64,000 nucleotides of DNA from the NCBI RefSeq assembly GCF_009914755.1, contig NC_060936.1; one strand, 5' to 3'. The notes under the pieces are model-generated. The model was not told the origin of the DNA. It made no database searches and saw only the letters and a list, made by a program, of their open reading frames with translations. A program made the translations under genes and the position numbers. This document shows positions 28,189-43,000 of this stretch, one piece after another. The DNA comes from the human T2T-CHM13v2.0 reference genome, Homo sapiens. Positions within the stretch are counted from its first letter, which is position 1. The number at the start of each line of letters is the position of its first letter.

Positions 28189-31100
28189 AGCTTCCCTTCT
28201 TAATTTAATTATTTGTCTGTAGAATCTTTTGGCTTTTCTATGTTCTTTTTTTCCTCTTTTTCAATCTATCTACCTTTTTATTTTTTCTTTTCTTATTACA
28301 CTGGTTATGACCAGTGCAATTTTGACTAAAGTACTGTTAGTAGATACTTTTGTCTCATTTCTGATCTCAGATGAAAAGCTATCAAGATTCCATTATTAAA
28401 TATTAATGTTTTCTATAGTTTTTAAATATATATATATACTCTTACAGATTTTAAAACTTCTATTCTAGGCCTACTTTGCTATTATTTTTAAAAATCATGA
28501 ATGGATGTTGGCTTTATAAATGCTTTTGAACTTACTGAACTGATCTTATGATTTTGCTCCCATATTGTATTAATGAGGTGAATTATATTGATTGATTAAT
28601 TTTGAATGTAAAATGCAATTCTGCATTATTGGAAAAAACCCAACTTGGTTGTCATATATTATTCTTTTTATATATGGTTAGATAATATTTGGTTATAATG
28701 TTTTCATATAGGTTTATGAGAGACATGACTAATAATTTTCAATTCTTATGTTCTCATCAGGCTTTGTTTTCAAAGCAATGCTGGACATTATAGATAAATT
28801 GGGAAGTTTGCAGTATTTTTTTTACTTTTATTTAGAGGAAATTGTTTAAGCTTAGTGCTACTTCATCTTTAAATATTTAGAGGATTTCACCTGGGAAGCC
28901 ATCTGGACCTGAAGATTTCTTTGTGGAGGCATTTAATTACAAATTCAATTTTTAAATTAGAGGACTTTTTCTTTTTTTAAAAATCCTGTGCCAGTTTTTC
29001 AAAGTTTTGCTTCTTCTCTTTTCTCCTTTTCTTTTCTTTTTTAAAGGAATTTCTCCATTTCTTCTAAATTTTCAGGAAAAACTCTAGGATTCTTTGATGT
29101 TCCTAAAAATACATGGTTAAGCCAAAAGGTGGTAAAGAAGTCAAGATCAAAGCATAGTGTCCAGGTCCTCTCTGGCCCAGTGGTTAAAAATGTGAACTCT
29201 GGCACTTTTCTACTCTTTAGTCTTTTTAAAGATAAATTTTAAATGCAAACAAACAAACAAACAATCAAACAAAAAAACTTGTTTATTCAGCTGCAGCATT
29301 GGAACCCTAAACAGTCACTAGACAAGGAATTCCAAGGTGAGAGTTTTCAGCACATTTCTGCTTGGTCTCTTATCCTTCTGCTCTGAGGGAAAAAGAGGGT
29401 TGGGCTCAGTCCTCTATGCCTCTCTTCTCTCAAGAATCTTGGTCCCTCAATTCCTGGCTGCCCTGAAAGCTCTGAACTATAATTTTTATGTCCCCAACTC
29501 TCCAAGATCATTGCAGTTTTTGCTGACATCTTGGCTCTTAACAGTTGTCCTCTGTCTGGATTCTTTGAAAATGCCACTAGAGGAAAATGGCTCACCTCTG
29601 TGGTTCTCTTCTCTCCAGGATCTTGACTTCTCAAGTATTGGATGCTTTAGCAACTCTCTGATGCCTTCAAATAGACATATTTTTGTATTTTAGTCGGCTT
29701 TTCTGCTTTTTTCTTGGCATAAACATTGGTCTGCTGTAAGTTACTCAATATAGGTAGTAGATATCTGAATATATCTTTTTTATTAACTTCTCACTTGAAC
29801 TGAATTTTTGAATTAACCCATTGACTAAGAGTCTTGGTTGACAAGAGATAAGACATCTGCTACCATGATGATCATATTAATAGTAAGTAGCAGCTAAACA
29901 TCCATTGATAAGTCATGAGGTACCAGATTCTCTGTTAAATTATTTATATGTATTGTTTCATTTATCCTTCTAAGAACCCGGGAGGTAGGTACTACTATCT
30001 TCATTCTTTAGATGAGAAACTGAATTCATAGTAACCTGCTCATATTCACAGAGCTAATTGATGACCATAATAAAATATGAGACAAAGCTGCCTGATACCA
30101 GAGGCCACACACACAATATTCAAAAGGTATTTAGACTACATTTATCATTGTAGTTGATGTCATTGGGCTAGAAGAACAAGGAGGGCTAAAACTGTTGGCA
30201 GGGGAAACTCTTTGGAGATTTAGTATGGGATGCAGGACAGCCAGACTAGTCGAGTGAAGGGGTAGACTCCCGCCATGCAGGAGATTGACCTCTTGCCTAA
30301 ATAGAAGAGATATGTTATTTATAGTTCATAAATATCATACATTCCAAATCTGGAAGTCAGTTTTCTTACTTTTGTGTTTTAAAAAAAGGGCTGCATCTTA
30401 CAATAGATGTCAAAAGAAACTCATCAGCTGCCTAGCACCAGAGTCAACTGCAGCAAAGTTGTCATGGCCAGCACATGTGCGACCTTCCTCTCTGCATCTG
30501 ATGGCCATTTCAGTTGATTTATTTGATTTGGTAGCACCTTACAGGGTTGATTATAACTTATTGCTGCCCCTACATAACACTTCTTTAAAAAAGTTACACT
30601 AGGATTTAGCACTGAAATAAGAACTTGAATTCATTGGTTTTCCATCCTGAAGGAAATACCATCAATGCAGTTGAAATTGTCAATTTATTTTGGAATACAG
30701 CATAGACTTTTTGAAGCCAACAGTAGCTGATGTGACCGATTCCTGTATCATGAAGGACATCAAGCACCCAACATCTAAATGTCAAAAGCTTCTGGCTGAC
30801 TTTTAAGAGAAGCTATTTAACTTCCAGGAATGTATATTTCAATAAAGGGAAAACAGAACAATGAATTTAACCAAGTCGAAAATTCAAATGAACTCCAGCA
30901 TTCTTTGACATGCCTGGAAATAACGCTGTTAGGCAAAAGGTTCCAAAAGAGTCAAAATCAATTATTTGATCCTGAGAAGAACTATAGCCTATTTGTTCAA
31001 ATGCAGATTTAGCACCATGCTGCGTGGGTTTAAACCTTTGCTTTGATGCTCAATTGCTTGGGAATCTTGGGCACCCCTCTCTACCTTAACGTCCTCATGT

Positions 31101-31276
31101 GTACATGGGGATAATAATAGCATCTACCTAATGGAGGTTTCATGAGGATTAAATGAGTCAGTACAGGTAAACACTAAGAAATACTTGGCAAAGGATGAGT
31201 GCTCAATAAAGGTTAGATATCAGGACAAGCAGCACAGTGCTTTCGATATTACGCCTAATGTTTTGTCTGATGGTCT

Positions 31277-31695
31277 ATATTAGTTCATTCTCATATTGCT
31301 ATAAATAAATCCCTGAGCCTGAGTAATTTATAAAGAAAGGTTTAATTGGCTCCTGGTTCTGCAGGCTGTATAGGAAGCATGGTGCTGGCATCTGCTCAGC
31401 TTCTGGGGAGGCCTCAGGAAACTTACAATCATGGTGGAAGGTGAAGGGGGAGCAGGCATATCACATGGCCAGAGTATGAGCAAGAGAGAGAGAGAGATGC
31501 CACACACTTTTAAATGACCAGATCTCATGAAAACTTACTCACTATTGTGAGGATAGTACCAATGGGATGGTACTAAACCATTCATGAGAAACCTGCTCCT
31601 ATGATCTAGTCACCTCCCACCAGGCCCCACTGCCAACATTGGGAATTACATTTCAACATGAGATTTGGGTAAGGACAGTATCCAAACTATATCAC
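31277..31695 (-). mobile_element. MSTA-like MaLR solo LTR
   Basis: ggttctgcaggctgtataggaagcatggtgctggcatctgctcagcttctggggaggcctcagg...atccaaactatatca. Confidence 0.88.
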
Positions 31696-32300
31696 TGTCC
31701 ATGGCCAAAAGTGATTAAAATAATTTTACATTCTGAATTTAAAGATGCTTTAGGGGTTAATGTTAAACACGGTATTGATGAAACAAGGTGTATTTAAGCA
31801 TATGAATAAATGAGTGCTATTGTTAGCCAATGAAGTTTTTATTTGTTGCTACTGTTTTCTACTGACATTTAATGCAGTGGGGTTTTTTTTCTCACCAGAA
31901 CTGGTGTTAAATTACATTTTTAATAACTGAACTCTGTAAAGCCTTTTCCATCAGCAGCCCTGCAGTCCATTGCCTGGGCTACTGCAGTTGACTCATAGCT
32001 GGTTTCCGCATGTATTGCTTTGCTTTTTTGCAATTGTAGCCATACACAAGTGACAGATATCTTTAACAGATGCAGATTGAATTATGTTGCTCTCTGCTGA
32101 AAAGACTCTAAAAGTTCCCCACTGTCCTCAGAATAAGACCCCAAATACATAACATTGTCTGACTCTTCCCTGTTGTGCCTCCTTTCTGGCCTCATGGTAT
32201 ACCATTGTCCCTCATTCTGTCTGTCAGTCCCTCTTGAGGCCAAGCCCATTCTTCTCAGGACCTTTGCTCTTCGCCTTTCTCTGTCTGAAGGTTCACTGAC

Positions 32301-33119
<819 letters not shown>

Positions 33120-33374
33120 TCAACTAACTCCTGCCCACTCTGAGGAAATGTCATTCCTCAAAGAAAGCCTTTTCTGATGTTAGGTCAAAATCAAACTCAT
33201 ATTACTAGCTTTCCCACTTTCTTCTTACAGCACATTCCATGGTTTGTTATTCTTTATTCTTTTGGGTGACTGTTTACTTAATGTTATTCCCTCCACTAGC
33301 TCATAAGTTCCATGAGGGCATGAATTGTGCATTTTTAAGGTGTTAAATTCCTAGTGCTTGGCATACACATATAT

Positions 33375-33375
33375 C

Positions 33376-33445
<70 letters not shown>
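33375..33445. repeat. Compound (CT)n(AT)n microsatellite
   Basis: Direct reading. Confidence 0.95.
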
Positions 33446-33448
<3 letters not shown>

Positions 33449-33567
33449 TTGGCTCACACAATTATAAAGACATGCATACACACACATATATAGATACACA
33501 TAGGTAGAAAAATGGATATACTATATATATGTATATCTTATTAAAATACAATATATGTAAAGCACAC

Positions 33568-35836
33568 TATATTAGTCTGTTCTGAAACTGCTATAAAGAT
33601 ACTACCTGAAACTGGGTAATTTATAAAGGAAAGAGGTTTAATTGATTCACAGTTTCTCATGGATTGGGAGGCCTCAGGAAACTTACAATCATGGCAGAAA
33701 GGGAAGCAGGCACATCTTACATGGCAGCAGGTGAGAGAGAATGTGTGTGACTGCAGGAACAACTACCATTTATAAAACCATCAGATCCTGTGAGAATTCA
33801 CTCACTACCATGAGAACAGAATGTGGGAACCACGCCCATAATCCAATCACTTCCCTCCCTCAACACATGGAGATTACAGATTCCTCCCTTGACACACGTG
33901 GATTGAAATTCAAGATGAGATTTGGGTGGGGACACAGAGCCTAACCATATTATTTCGCCCTGGCCCTTCCCAAATCTCATGTCTTTTATACATCTCAAAA
34001 CCAATCATGCCTTCCCAACAAATTCCCAAAGTCCTAACTCATTTCAGCATTAACTTAAAAGCCCAAGTCCAAAGTCTCTTCTGAGACAAGTGAAGTCCCT
34101 TCTGCCTAAGAGCCTGCAAAACCAAAAGCAAGTTAGTTACTTCCAAGATATAATGGAGATGCAGGCATTGCGTAAATGCTCCCATTCCAAATGGGAGAAA
34201 TTGGCCAAAACAAAGGGGATAAAGGCCCCATGCAAGTCCAAAACCCAGCAGGGCAGTTATTAAGTCTTAAAGCTCCAAAATAATCTCCTTTGACTCCATA
34301 TCTCACATTCAGGTCTCACTGATGCAAGAGGTGGGCTCCCACAGTCTTGGGCAGCTCTACTCCTGTGGCTTTGTAGGGTACAGCTCCCCTCCTGGCTACT
34401 TTCACTGGCTGGCCTTGAGTGTCTGTGGCTTTGTTCCAGGCACACAATGCAAGCTATCATTGGCTCTCATTCTGGGGTCTAGAGGACAGTGGCCCTCTTC
34501 TCACAGTTCTACTAGGCAGTATCCTAGTAGGGACTCTGTGTGGGGGCTCCAGCTCCACATTTCCCATCTGCATTGCCTTAGCAGAGGTTCTCCATGAGGG
34601 CTCCACCCAAGCAGCAAACTTCTGCCTGTACATTCAGGCATTTCCTTACATCCTCTGAAATCTGGGTGGAGGTTCCCAAACCTCAGTTCTTGACTTCTGT
34701 GTACTCACAGGCCCAATACCACATGGAAGCCACCAAGGCTTGGGGCTTGCACCCTCTGAAGCAACGGCCCGAGCTGTACCTTGGCCACTTTTAGCCATAG
34801 CTGGACACAGGGTACTAAGTCCTAAGACTGCACACAGGAGCCAGCTGGCCCGTGAAACCATTTTTGACTCCTAGGCCTCTGGGCCTGTGGGAGCAGCTGC
34901 TGCCAAAATCTCTGACATACCCTGGAAACATTTTCCCCATTGTCTTGGTGATTAACATGTGGCTCCTTGTTATTTATGCAAATTTCTGCAGAAGGCTTGA
35001 ATTTCTCCCCAGAAAATGGATTTTTCTTTTCTATTGCATCATCAGGCTGCAAATTTTCCAAACTTGAATGGTCTGCTTTTCTTTTAAACATAAGTTCCAA
35101 TTTCAGATAATTTCTCTCAAGTTCAAAGTTCCACAGATCTCTAGAGCAGGGACAAAATGCTGCCAGTCTCTTTGCTAAAGCATAGCAAGAGTCACCTTTA
35201 CTCCAGTTCCCAAGAAGTTCCTCACCTCCATCTGAGACCACCACAGCTGGAACTTCATTGCCCATATCCCTATCAGCATTTTGGTTTAACCCATTCAACA
35301 AGTCTCTAGGAAGTTTCAAACTTTCCTACATTGTCCTGTCTTCTCCTGAGCCCTCCAAACAGTTCCAACCTCTGCCTATTACCCAGTTCCAAGGTCACTT
35401 TCAGTTTTCAGGTATCTTTATAGCAGTACCCTACTCTCTGCAGTACCAATATACTGTATTAGTTCTCACACTGCTATAAAGATACTACCCCAAACTGAGT
35501 AATTTATAAAGGAAAGAGGTTTAATTGACTCACAGTTCTGCATGGCCAGGGAGTCCTCAGGAAACTTACAATCATGGTGGAAGGGGAAGCAGGCACGTTT
35601 TACATGGTGGCAGGTGAGATAGAGCGTGTGTGAGAGCGCATGAAAAACTACCATTTATAAAACCATGAGATCTTGTAAGAACTCACTCACTATTACAAGA
35701 ACAGCATGTGGGAAACCGCCCCCATAATCCAGTCACTTCTCTCCCTTGACACGTGGGGATTACAGGTCCCTCCCTTGACACATGGGGGTACAATTCAAGA
35801 TGAGATTTGGGGGGGACACAGAGCCAAACCATATCA
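33568..35836 (-). mobile_element. Full-length THE1D-type MaLR provirus (LTR 33568-33952, internal 33953-35454, LTR 35455-35836)
   Basis: Two ~385-bp direct LTRs, ~1.5-kb THE1-int (ORF 34822..35319 has the MaLR LWNFELER motif), 5-bp TSD CACAC (33563-33567, 35837-35841). Confidence 0.93.
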
Positions 35837-35841
35837 CACAC

Positions 35842-36300
35842 AAAATATTTAGCTGGATAACTTTTTTAGAGATGAAAATTTCCATGTTACAAACACCCAA
35901 ATCAAGAAAGAGATAAGAACACTCAGAAGCCTCTCTTGTTCTAGTCATTCCCAAAAGGCAAAAATTGTTTGGATTTTTCCCATCTGAGATTAATTTTGGT
36001 TGTTCTGGAGCTTTCTATAAATGAAATTGTAGACACGTACTCTCCTGTCTAGCTTCTTTTTGCTCAACATTATGTGTGAGATCTATCCATTTTGTGCATG
36101 TCCTGATAGTTTTGTTTTCATTGCTATATTGCAGTCTATTGTCTGAATGTACCACAATTTATTTATCTTTGTACTATTGATAGAAAGCTGGGTTATTTTC
36201 AGTTTTGAGTTATAACATATATTGTTGCTATGAACATTCTTTTGCATGTCATACACACTGATTTCTCCTGGGTTTATAACCAGGACCGCAATTGCTGCAA
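35842..36300 (-). mobile_element. Old L1ME-type 3' fragment
   Basis: cttcttttgctcaacattatgtgtgagatctatccat...ctattgtctgaatgtaccacaatttattta. Confidence 0.65.
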
Positions 36301-38169
36301 AGCTGCATCATATGTTTTGTCAAATACATAGTTGCCAAATTAGAAAAAATGCAAAATTTCATGTAGTATGGGGGAACCTTTCCCTCCATTTTGGATGAGG
36401 AGTTCCTCAGAGTTCTGGACTTCATCTTAGTCTTTTTTTCACAAAGTGTTTATGGGCCATGAAGATTCTCAAAAATAGGTGGAATCAAATTGGCTGTCAT
36501 AATACATGGAAAGAATTTATAGGGACAGGGGTATCTGGAGGTGTGAGGTCTCTTTTGTGGTGCCTGCTGAGATGTTCTGATCTCAGCCCTGGAGAGTCTT
36601 CCAGGCTGGGATCCAGTTAGGCTTGTTCTACCTGTCCACTCCCTTTCTTCCTCCTTCTTGGCTTTGCACTTTTTCATAATTTCTTACTTCCAGACGAATG
36701 GGTTTCAGGGATGAGTTTACAAACATATCAATCATTTGCTTCCTGGAACTAAAAGTTCCCCACAGGCCCCTACTGCACTTGAATCAGTAAGGTCAGCAAG
36801 TGATCAACCCATTTGCAAGGGGCTATTTGTTACCTACGACTGGGGGCTAGGAGCTAAGCCTGGGCTGATGTAGCATTTGGGTAGTGGCAGAAAGAGCTCT
36901 CCACTGAAGCTCACTCCCCCTTTGGTGTGACAGTGACAAACTCCACGATGACTTCTCTTTGGCTAATCAGGATCCTTTCCAGTAGAAGCCTTGACATCTC
37001 ATTTAACCCCAGATGTAAAGACACCTCCATTCCAGAGCACATGGATCTTAACTGCTCAGAACACACTCAGAGTCCAGAGGAAACTGCAAGTGTTTCCTTT
37101 CCTTCTCAGAAGATTTTTCACACAATGCTGAATCTCTCTTTCCTGGATTTCTGGAGTCCTTTCTCCTTCAGTTTTACTCTTCCCTCCATATTCCCTCCAC
37201 CTTCTCCTGGGTTCCTGTCTTTATCTTGTACATCTCAGGCTGGAAGTAATATTTCCAGTGTCCTCCTGCTTCTCCCCTACCCCTCATGTTGATAAGTATC
37301 ATTGCTGGAGAGTCTCATCTACTTCTGAGAAGGGCAACCACAAGATAAAGACTGGTGGAGCTTTGGGGAAGACAGAATGGTGCCCCTAAAGCACCACTTT
37401 GATGCATGGTTTTTCTAAAATATTCCTCACCACCACAGTTAAGGGTTGGTTGGAGTGGGCAGAAAAGTCACGGAACAAATGGAAACTTCTTTTTCTAAAA
37501 AAAAAATTATTTTTTAAGTCAGATTTATTGAGGAATGTTTTATACATCATGAAATTCATCTTTTTTTTTTGGACCTACAGTGCAATGAATTATGAGAGGT
37601 GTATACAATTGTGTAACCACCACCATAACTGAGATACAGAACATTTCCATCTCTCTAAAAAGTGCCCTGGGGCCTTAGCACAGCCAGTGCCTCCCACCAG
37701 TCCCAAGAGGGGATCTTTTACAGTGCAAATGCCCCCTAAGGAGGCCACATTAGTCAGTCTGGAATGGATGGCTGAGGATAGGTCTTTGTTTCCTCTAGAT
37801 GGGAGGAATTAGGGCTGTGTGAACTGAAGATGGAGTGGCTTGTGCTGAATCCAACTTAGCCCCAGGGACAAGGTTCTGGATGAAGTGTCAGGGGATTGAG
37901 ACCTGGGTCTGGTGGGGAAACTGGGGGGAAGCATCAACCCCAGGGGGGAAACTGCAGCTGGATGTGGACTGGGGGTTGAAAGGAGGAGCAAAACCAGAAA
38001 CCAAGAGGCAGCAACTCAGCATCCCACATGGAGTCCTTTGGTTCTTTGGACTATGTCCTCAATAGTCTTAAAAGTGTCAGAACTCTCATAAGGAATATGG
38101 GCTGGGATCAAGGAAGAGTGGGCAAAAGGGGGTGGTCTGGGTGGCACTAAAGACTTGCTGGTTTCAGGT

Positions 38170-38331
38170 TGTGTCTGTGTGTGTATGCATGGGTGTGAGG
38201 ATGCATGTGTGCATATGTGTATGTGTGTGTATGTATGTGTGCATGTGTGTATAAGTGTGTGTGTGTATGAGTGTGTGTGCACATGTATACATGTGTGTCA
38301 GTGTGCATGCATGTGTGTGTGTGCCTGTGTA
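38170..38331. repeat. Degenerate (TG)n/(CATG)n low-complexity tract
   Basis: Alternating purine-pyrimidine sequence. Confidence 0.9.
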
Positions 38332-38407
38332 TTCAGAGACCATGGCAAGACACTGGGTCATCTCAAGACATCCCAGCTGACCCATATTCTCAGCTGGGTA
38401 GGGAAGC

Positions 38408-38475
38408 TTGGGGCAAGGCCAGCCAAGCCTGGTTGGGGCAAGGCCAGCCAAGCCTGGTTGGGGCAAGGCCAACCA
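38408..38475. repeat. 25-bp tandem repeat, ~2.7 copies
   Basis: TTGGGGCAAGGCCAGCCAAGCCTGG at 38408, 38433 and partial at 38458. Confidence 0.9.
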
Positions 38476-39163
38476 GGGGGCTCCAGTGCAATGAAGGAGC
38501 CTCTTCCCTTTGTGCACTGGAGCCCCCAGTGCTGCTTCATCAACAAGCCCGTGCTGGAGCTGAGCAGAGCAGCATGTGCTGGGGGCTGACATCCCAGCTG
38601 CATGCTCACGCGCCGTCACCCCCAGCTGGAGCAACCGCACATTCTTAGACGCTCTATGTCATGGAAAGAAAGGTGAAGTGCTCCATCTGCTCTGCTCTGC
38701 TCTCTCCAAACGTTACCACTCTGGCAACAAAACGGAGGGCACCGTGGCTAGAGACTATTTGTTCTCTTGGACGGTGGAGAGATTCTTTTAAATCCTGGAG
38801 TCCTTGATGGTATTAAGTTTGAGGAATTTTTCAAACCATCATCAGGGAGAAGCATCTGCTAACAACCCCTTTCTGCACATAGTACTCATGGAGATTTGGT
38901 CTGAGGAGAATGACTCGGCAGGTTGTGTTTTTGTGGAATTATGCACCAGAGGAGATAAGAACATGCTTTCTTTCCCATAGCTGTTTGCTTTAATTGATGA
39001 ATATGTTTAATTATTGAGCCCCTACTATGTGCAAGATGATAGAAAGCCAGAGGTAAACCAGCCAGGTAAGGTCTCTGCCCTCATGAGCTGATGGTCTGGT
39101 GGAGGTGAGCATCTGCCCAGAGCAAGGCCCTGTAGGAGGCTCTCCGATGGGTTCCAAAGTGGT

Positions 39164-39655
39164 TGTGACTGATTGATTGCTTCCACAGTTGTAATTAATA
39201 TGCCCTTTACACAAAGACTTTGCAGCTCCTTCCATCGAGAGGTGGAGCCTGTTTGCCTGTCCTTGAATCTGGGCTCAACTGTGACTTGATTTGGCCAGTA
39301 GAAGGTGAGGAAGTGGGACAGTACCAATTGTGAACCTAGGCCTCAGGAGATTGGGTGCATATCTTCTCTTTCCTAGAACTTTGCTTCTGTTGGGTAAATA
39401 GGCTTGGACTAGTGAGCCAGAGAATGTGAGAGCCTGTGGAGAAGAGCTCATTTGTTCAACTTGAAACCATGTAAGATCAGTTGACAGTTAGCTGATTCCA
39501 AAACAGATGAGAGAGTCCAGCTTGGAATAACAGAGCTGCTTTTTCTACTCGCAGCGACCACAGACACATGACTATGCCCAGCTAAGAGCAGCAGGGCTGC
39601 CCAGCCAACCTGCAGACATGTGAGCATAATAAACCTTGGTTTCTCACTGAGCAAG
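39164..39655 (+). mobile_element. MLT1F/G/H-like MaLR LTR
   Basis: gactttgcagctccttccatcgagaggtggag...cttgaatctgggct...gtgacttgatttggcca. Confidence 0.65.
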
Positions 39656-40149
39656 GCTGTCTGCATTCACTAATGGCTGTGCAAGGCTCTGACTTTCTGG
39701 AGACTCAAGAAGTGCCCAGTGTCCCAAAGAGCCCCTTTGAAACAGCTCCTCTTCTCTTCTTTCACCCTTCCATCCCCAGCTTTAAACCATCGCTTGTTTG
39801 AGGCAGCAAGAACCATTGCTATATGTTTATAGCATTTCACAAATCATTTCATGGGAGGAGAGCAACACAGCAAAATTGGTACGATGGATATTTATTTTCC
39901 TAATGCCACTTATCCGGTGTTGGTTGTGAAAATAACCTGTCTGCTGGACTCCTCTACAGCTGGTGGAAAGGGTGGGAAAGCCAAGAGGAACATAAAGAAG
40001 AGAGAGAAGCAAGGCACTACTTTATTTTTGTAGAAGGAAAAAATACTATAGGTTTGTCCACATGGGATTTGGTGGAATGGTTCAGAAATTAGTTTGTCTG
40101 AACACTCATTTCTCCATTCATCCACTTAACACGGTTTACTTTTAATGAC

Positions 40150-41685
40150 TTTTTAAAATAAAAATCGTGTACATTTAAGGTATACAACATGATGTTTTGA
40201 TATATGTATACTTAGTGCAATGATTATTATCGTCAAGTAAATTAACATATCCTTTTCTTCACATAGTTAAATTTTGTTTCTTTTTTGTAGTGACAGCATC
40301 TGAAGTCTATTCTTTTAGCACATTTCTGGTATACAGTATAGTATTTGATATGGTTTGGCTCTGTGTCCCCACCCAAATCTTATTTTGAATTGTAATCCTC
40401 ATAATCCTCATGCGTCTTGGCGGGACCTGGTGGGAGGTGATTGGATCATGGGGGCAGTTTCCCTCATGTTGTTCGTGTTATAGTGAGTTCTCACAAGATC
40501 TAATGGTTTTATAAGTGTTTGACAGTTCCTCCTACTCACACTCTTTCTCTCTTCTGTCGCCATGTAATATGTGCCTGCTTCCCCTTTGGCCATGATTGTG
40601 TTTCCAGAGGCCTCACCAGCCATGTGGAACTGTGAGCCAATTAAACCTCTTTCCTTTATAAATTACCCAATCTCGGGTATTTCTTTATAGCAGTGTGAAA
40701 TGAACTCATACAGAGTTATTACTTAAAGTCCTCATGCTGTGCATTGGAGCTCTAGATTTATTCATCTTACATAGCTGTGACTTTGTACCTTTTGGCCAAC
40801 ATCTCCTTCTATATTCCCCACCATTCTACTCTCTGCTTCCATGAGTTTGATTTTTTTAGATTCCACATATAAGTAAGATGCTGCAGGATTTTCTTTATGT
40901 GTCTGGCTCATTTCACTTGGCAAAATGTCCTCTGGGTTCATCTATGTTATCACAAGTGGCAGAATTTTCTTTTTCAAAGCTGAATAATATTCCATCACAT
41001 GTATTTGTATATGTGTATATATATATATATATAAAATATATATTTCTCACAATTTCTTTATCCATTCATCTGTGAGTGGACACTTAGGTTGTTTCCTTAT
41101 CTCCGCTATTGTGAATAATACTGCAATGAACATGGAAGTGCAGGTATCAGTTCGAGATACTGGTTTCATTTCCTTTGGATATATACCCAGAAGTGGGATT
41201 GGATTGCTGGATCTTACACTAGCTCTAGGTTTAATTTTTGGAGGTATCTCCATACTGTTTTCCACAGTGGTTGTACCAATTTACATTCCTATCAATAGTA
41301 TACAAGGGTTCCCTTTTTTTCACACCTCTCCAACACTTGTTATCTTTTGTCTTTTTGATAATGGCCATCCTAATTGATGTGAAGTGATAGCTCCTTGTGA
41401 TTTTGATTTCCATTTCCCTGATGATAGTGATTTAAGCATTTCTTTTTCATATACCTGTTGGCCATTTGTATGTCTTCTTTGTAAAAATGGCTACTCAAGT
41501 CCTTTGCTCATTTTTCAATAGAGTTATGTGTTTTTTTCTATTAAGTTGTGTGAGTGCTCTATATACTTGGGATGTTAACCTCTTGTCAGATATGTGGTTT
41601 GCAAATATTTTCTCCCAACCCGTAGGTCACTCATTCATTTTGTTGATTGTTTTCTTTGCTGTGGAGAAGCCTTTTCATTTGATGT
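40150..41685 (-). mobile_element. L1MA-type 3' fragment interrupted by THE1 LTR
   Basis: catttaaggtatacaacatgatgttttga...ttagattccacatataagt...cctttggatatatacccagaagtgggattg. Confidence 0.85.
40346..40712 (+). mobile_element. THE1D-like solo LTR
   Basis: tgatatggtttggctctgtgtccccacccaaatct...tctttatagcagtgtgaaatgaactcataca. Confidence 0.9.
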
Positions 41686-42576
41686 GACATAGATTTCTTG
41701 AGCACTTTCTATCTACTGGGCAGGTGTTAAGCCTGTGAAGAAGGTGAACATCATTTCTGTCCTCCTGAAGCTTATGTTTCAGACAGGTGGACATCACTGT
41801 GTAAAAACAAACATGGCAAAAACTTGCAGAGAGACATCTGGAAGGCTGCTGGACTGGATGAGTTCCAGGGAACAGGGGAATGCGGGGATGCAGGCATGTG
41901 AGGATGCAGGGATGGAGGCCAGGCTTCAGTGGTGACCACTGATGGCTGCTCAGCACCTTCCCCCCATTTTGCAGCTCTAATATCCTGATTTCCTTTAGGG
42001 AAAGAATCTCTTCCCTCTTTTGTGCAGTCATGATTGGTTAAATACAAGTGCCTGCTTCTCCTTAGCCTCAGAACGTCAGATCCTCTCTTTCTTGGGACTT
42101 TGAATTTTGAACCCAGTGATGCAAAAAATATAACCCAGAATTAAGGTGCAGTCATTCCAGTGACAGAGTCCTGCTGCAGCTCTTAGTCACTTCTGCTATT
42201 TACACCCCCAGAACTCTCTTTGTCTCTGTCCTGTCCTGAGAATAAGTCACTGGTCTTTTCTTTGATTCCACAAATTATCTGATAAGCTTCAGATATATTT
42301 CTTTCCTGGGTAAACTAGTCAGAATCAACTTCTGTTGTTTGCTACCGAAGAAATCTAGCTGGTTCAGTTGCCTTCATGGGCCCTGCTTAGCTGTGTCATA
42401 TACTCTCTTATGTCAATGTTAGTGGCTCTTTCGGTGCTGGCCCAGAGTAGGGCCTTGAAACATTCTTATTACTTCTCTCTGTGTGTGCTTTCAAAAGCCA
42501 ATATACTCCTCATAGAATCATTTTATGAATTGTGCTTTAGTGCAGAAGTTAGCAAACTTTTTCTGTAAAGGGCCAG

Positions 42577-43000
42577 CAGCTTGAAACAACATCCATTTAT
42601 TGGTTTCAGTTGACCAGGGAGTAGACATGACTTAGCTGGGTACCCTGGTCAGAGTCTCATAAAGTTGCTATCAAGTGGGTGGCTGGGCTGCATTCTTATC
42701 TGGAGGCTTGAGTTGGGAAGAAGTCCTATCCAAGTTCATATGGTTGTTGGCAGAATTAAGCTCCTTGAGACTGTAGAATTGAGGTCTTCAGTTCCTAGAG
42801 GCCACCCACAGTTCCCTGCCCTGTGGCCCTCCCTATTGGGAGTTCACATAATAACAGCTTGCTTTTTCAAGGCTATCAGAAGAGTCTCTCTCTTCAGTCT
42901 GCTAAGACAGAGTCCCACACAAAGTAGCATAATCAAGGCAGTGATATTCAATCATCTTTGCTGTATAACATAATCCAATTCAATCTCTTAGCCTGCACCA
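42577..43000 (-). mobile_element. MLT1D/E-like LTR
   Basis: catgacttagctggg...ggttgttggcagaattaagctccttgagactgtag. Confidence 0.65.

Larger units (their letters stand above)
24865..29080 (-). mobile_element. Composite of old L1M (L1MC/ME-type) fragments, nested
   Basis: T-rich L1 antisense motifs: ttttattgaagtataacatac, ttttagatttacaggaaagttgcaa, tctcattgtggctttcatttgcattt, ttgaatttatagatcaattttgggagaactgaca, gaagccatctggacctgaagatttc. Confidence 0.8.

Noticed and set aside
34822-35319. 165-aa ORF as a host gene
   Set aside because: Remnant of THE1 internal sequence
38155-38648. Cys/Val- and His/Thr-rich ORFs
   Set aside because: Translations of (TG)n low-complexity sequence and a tandem repeat
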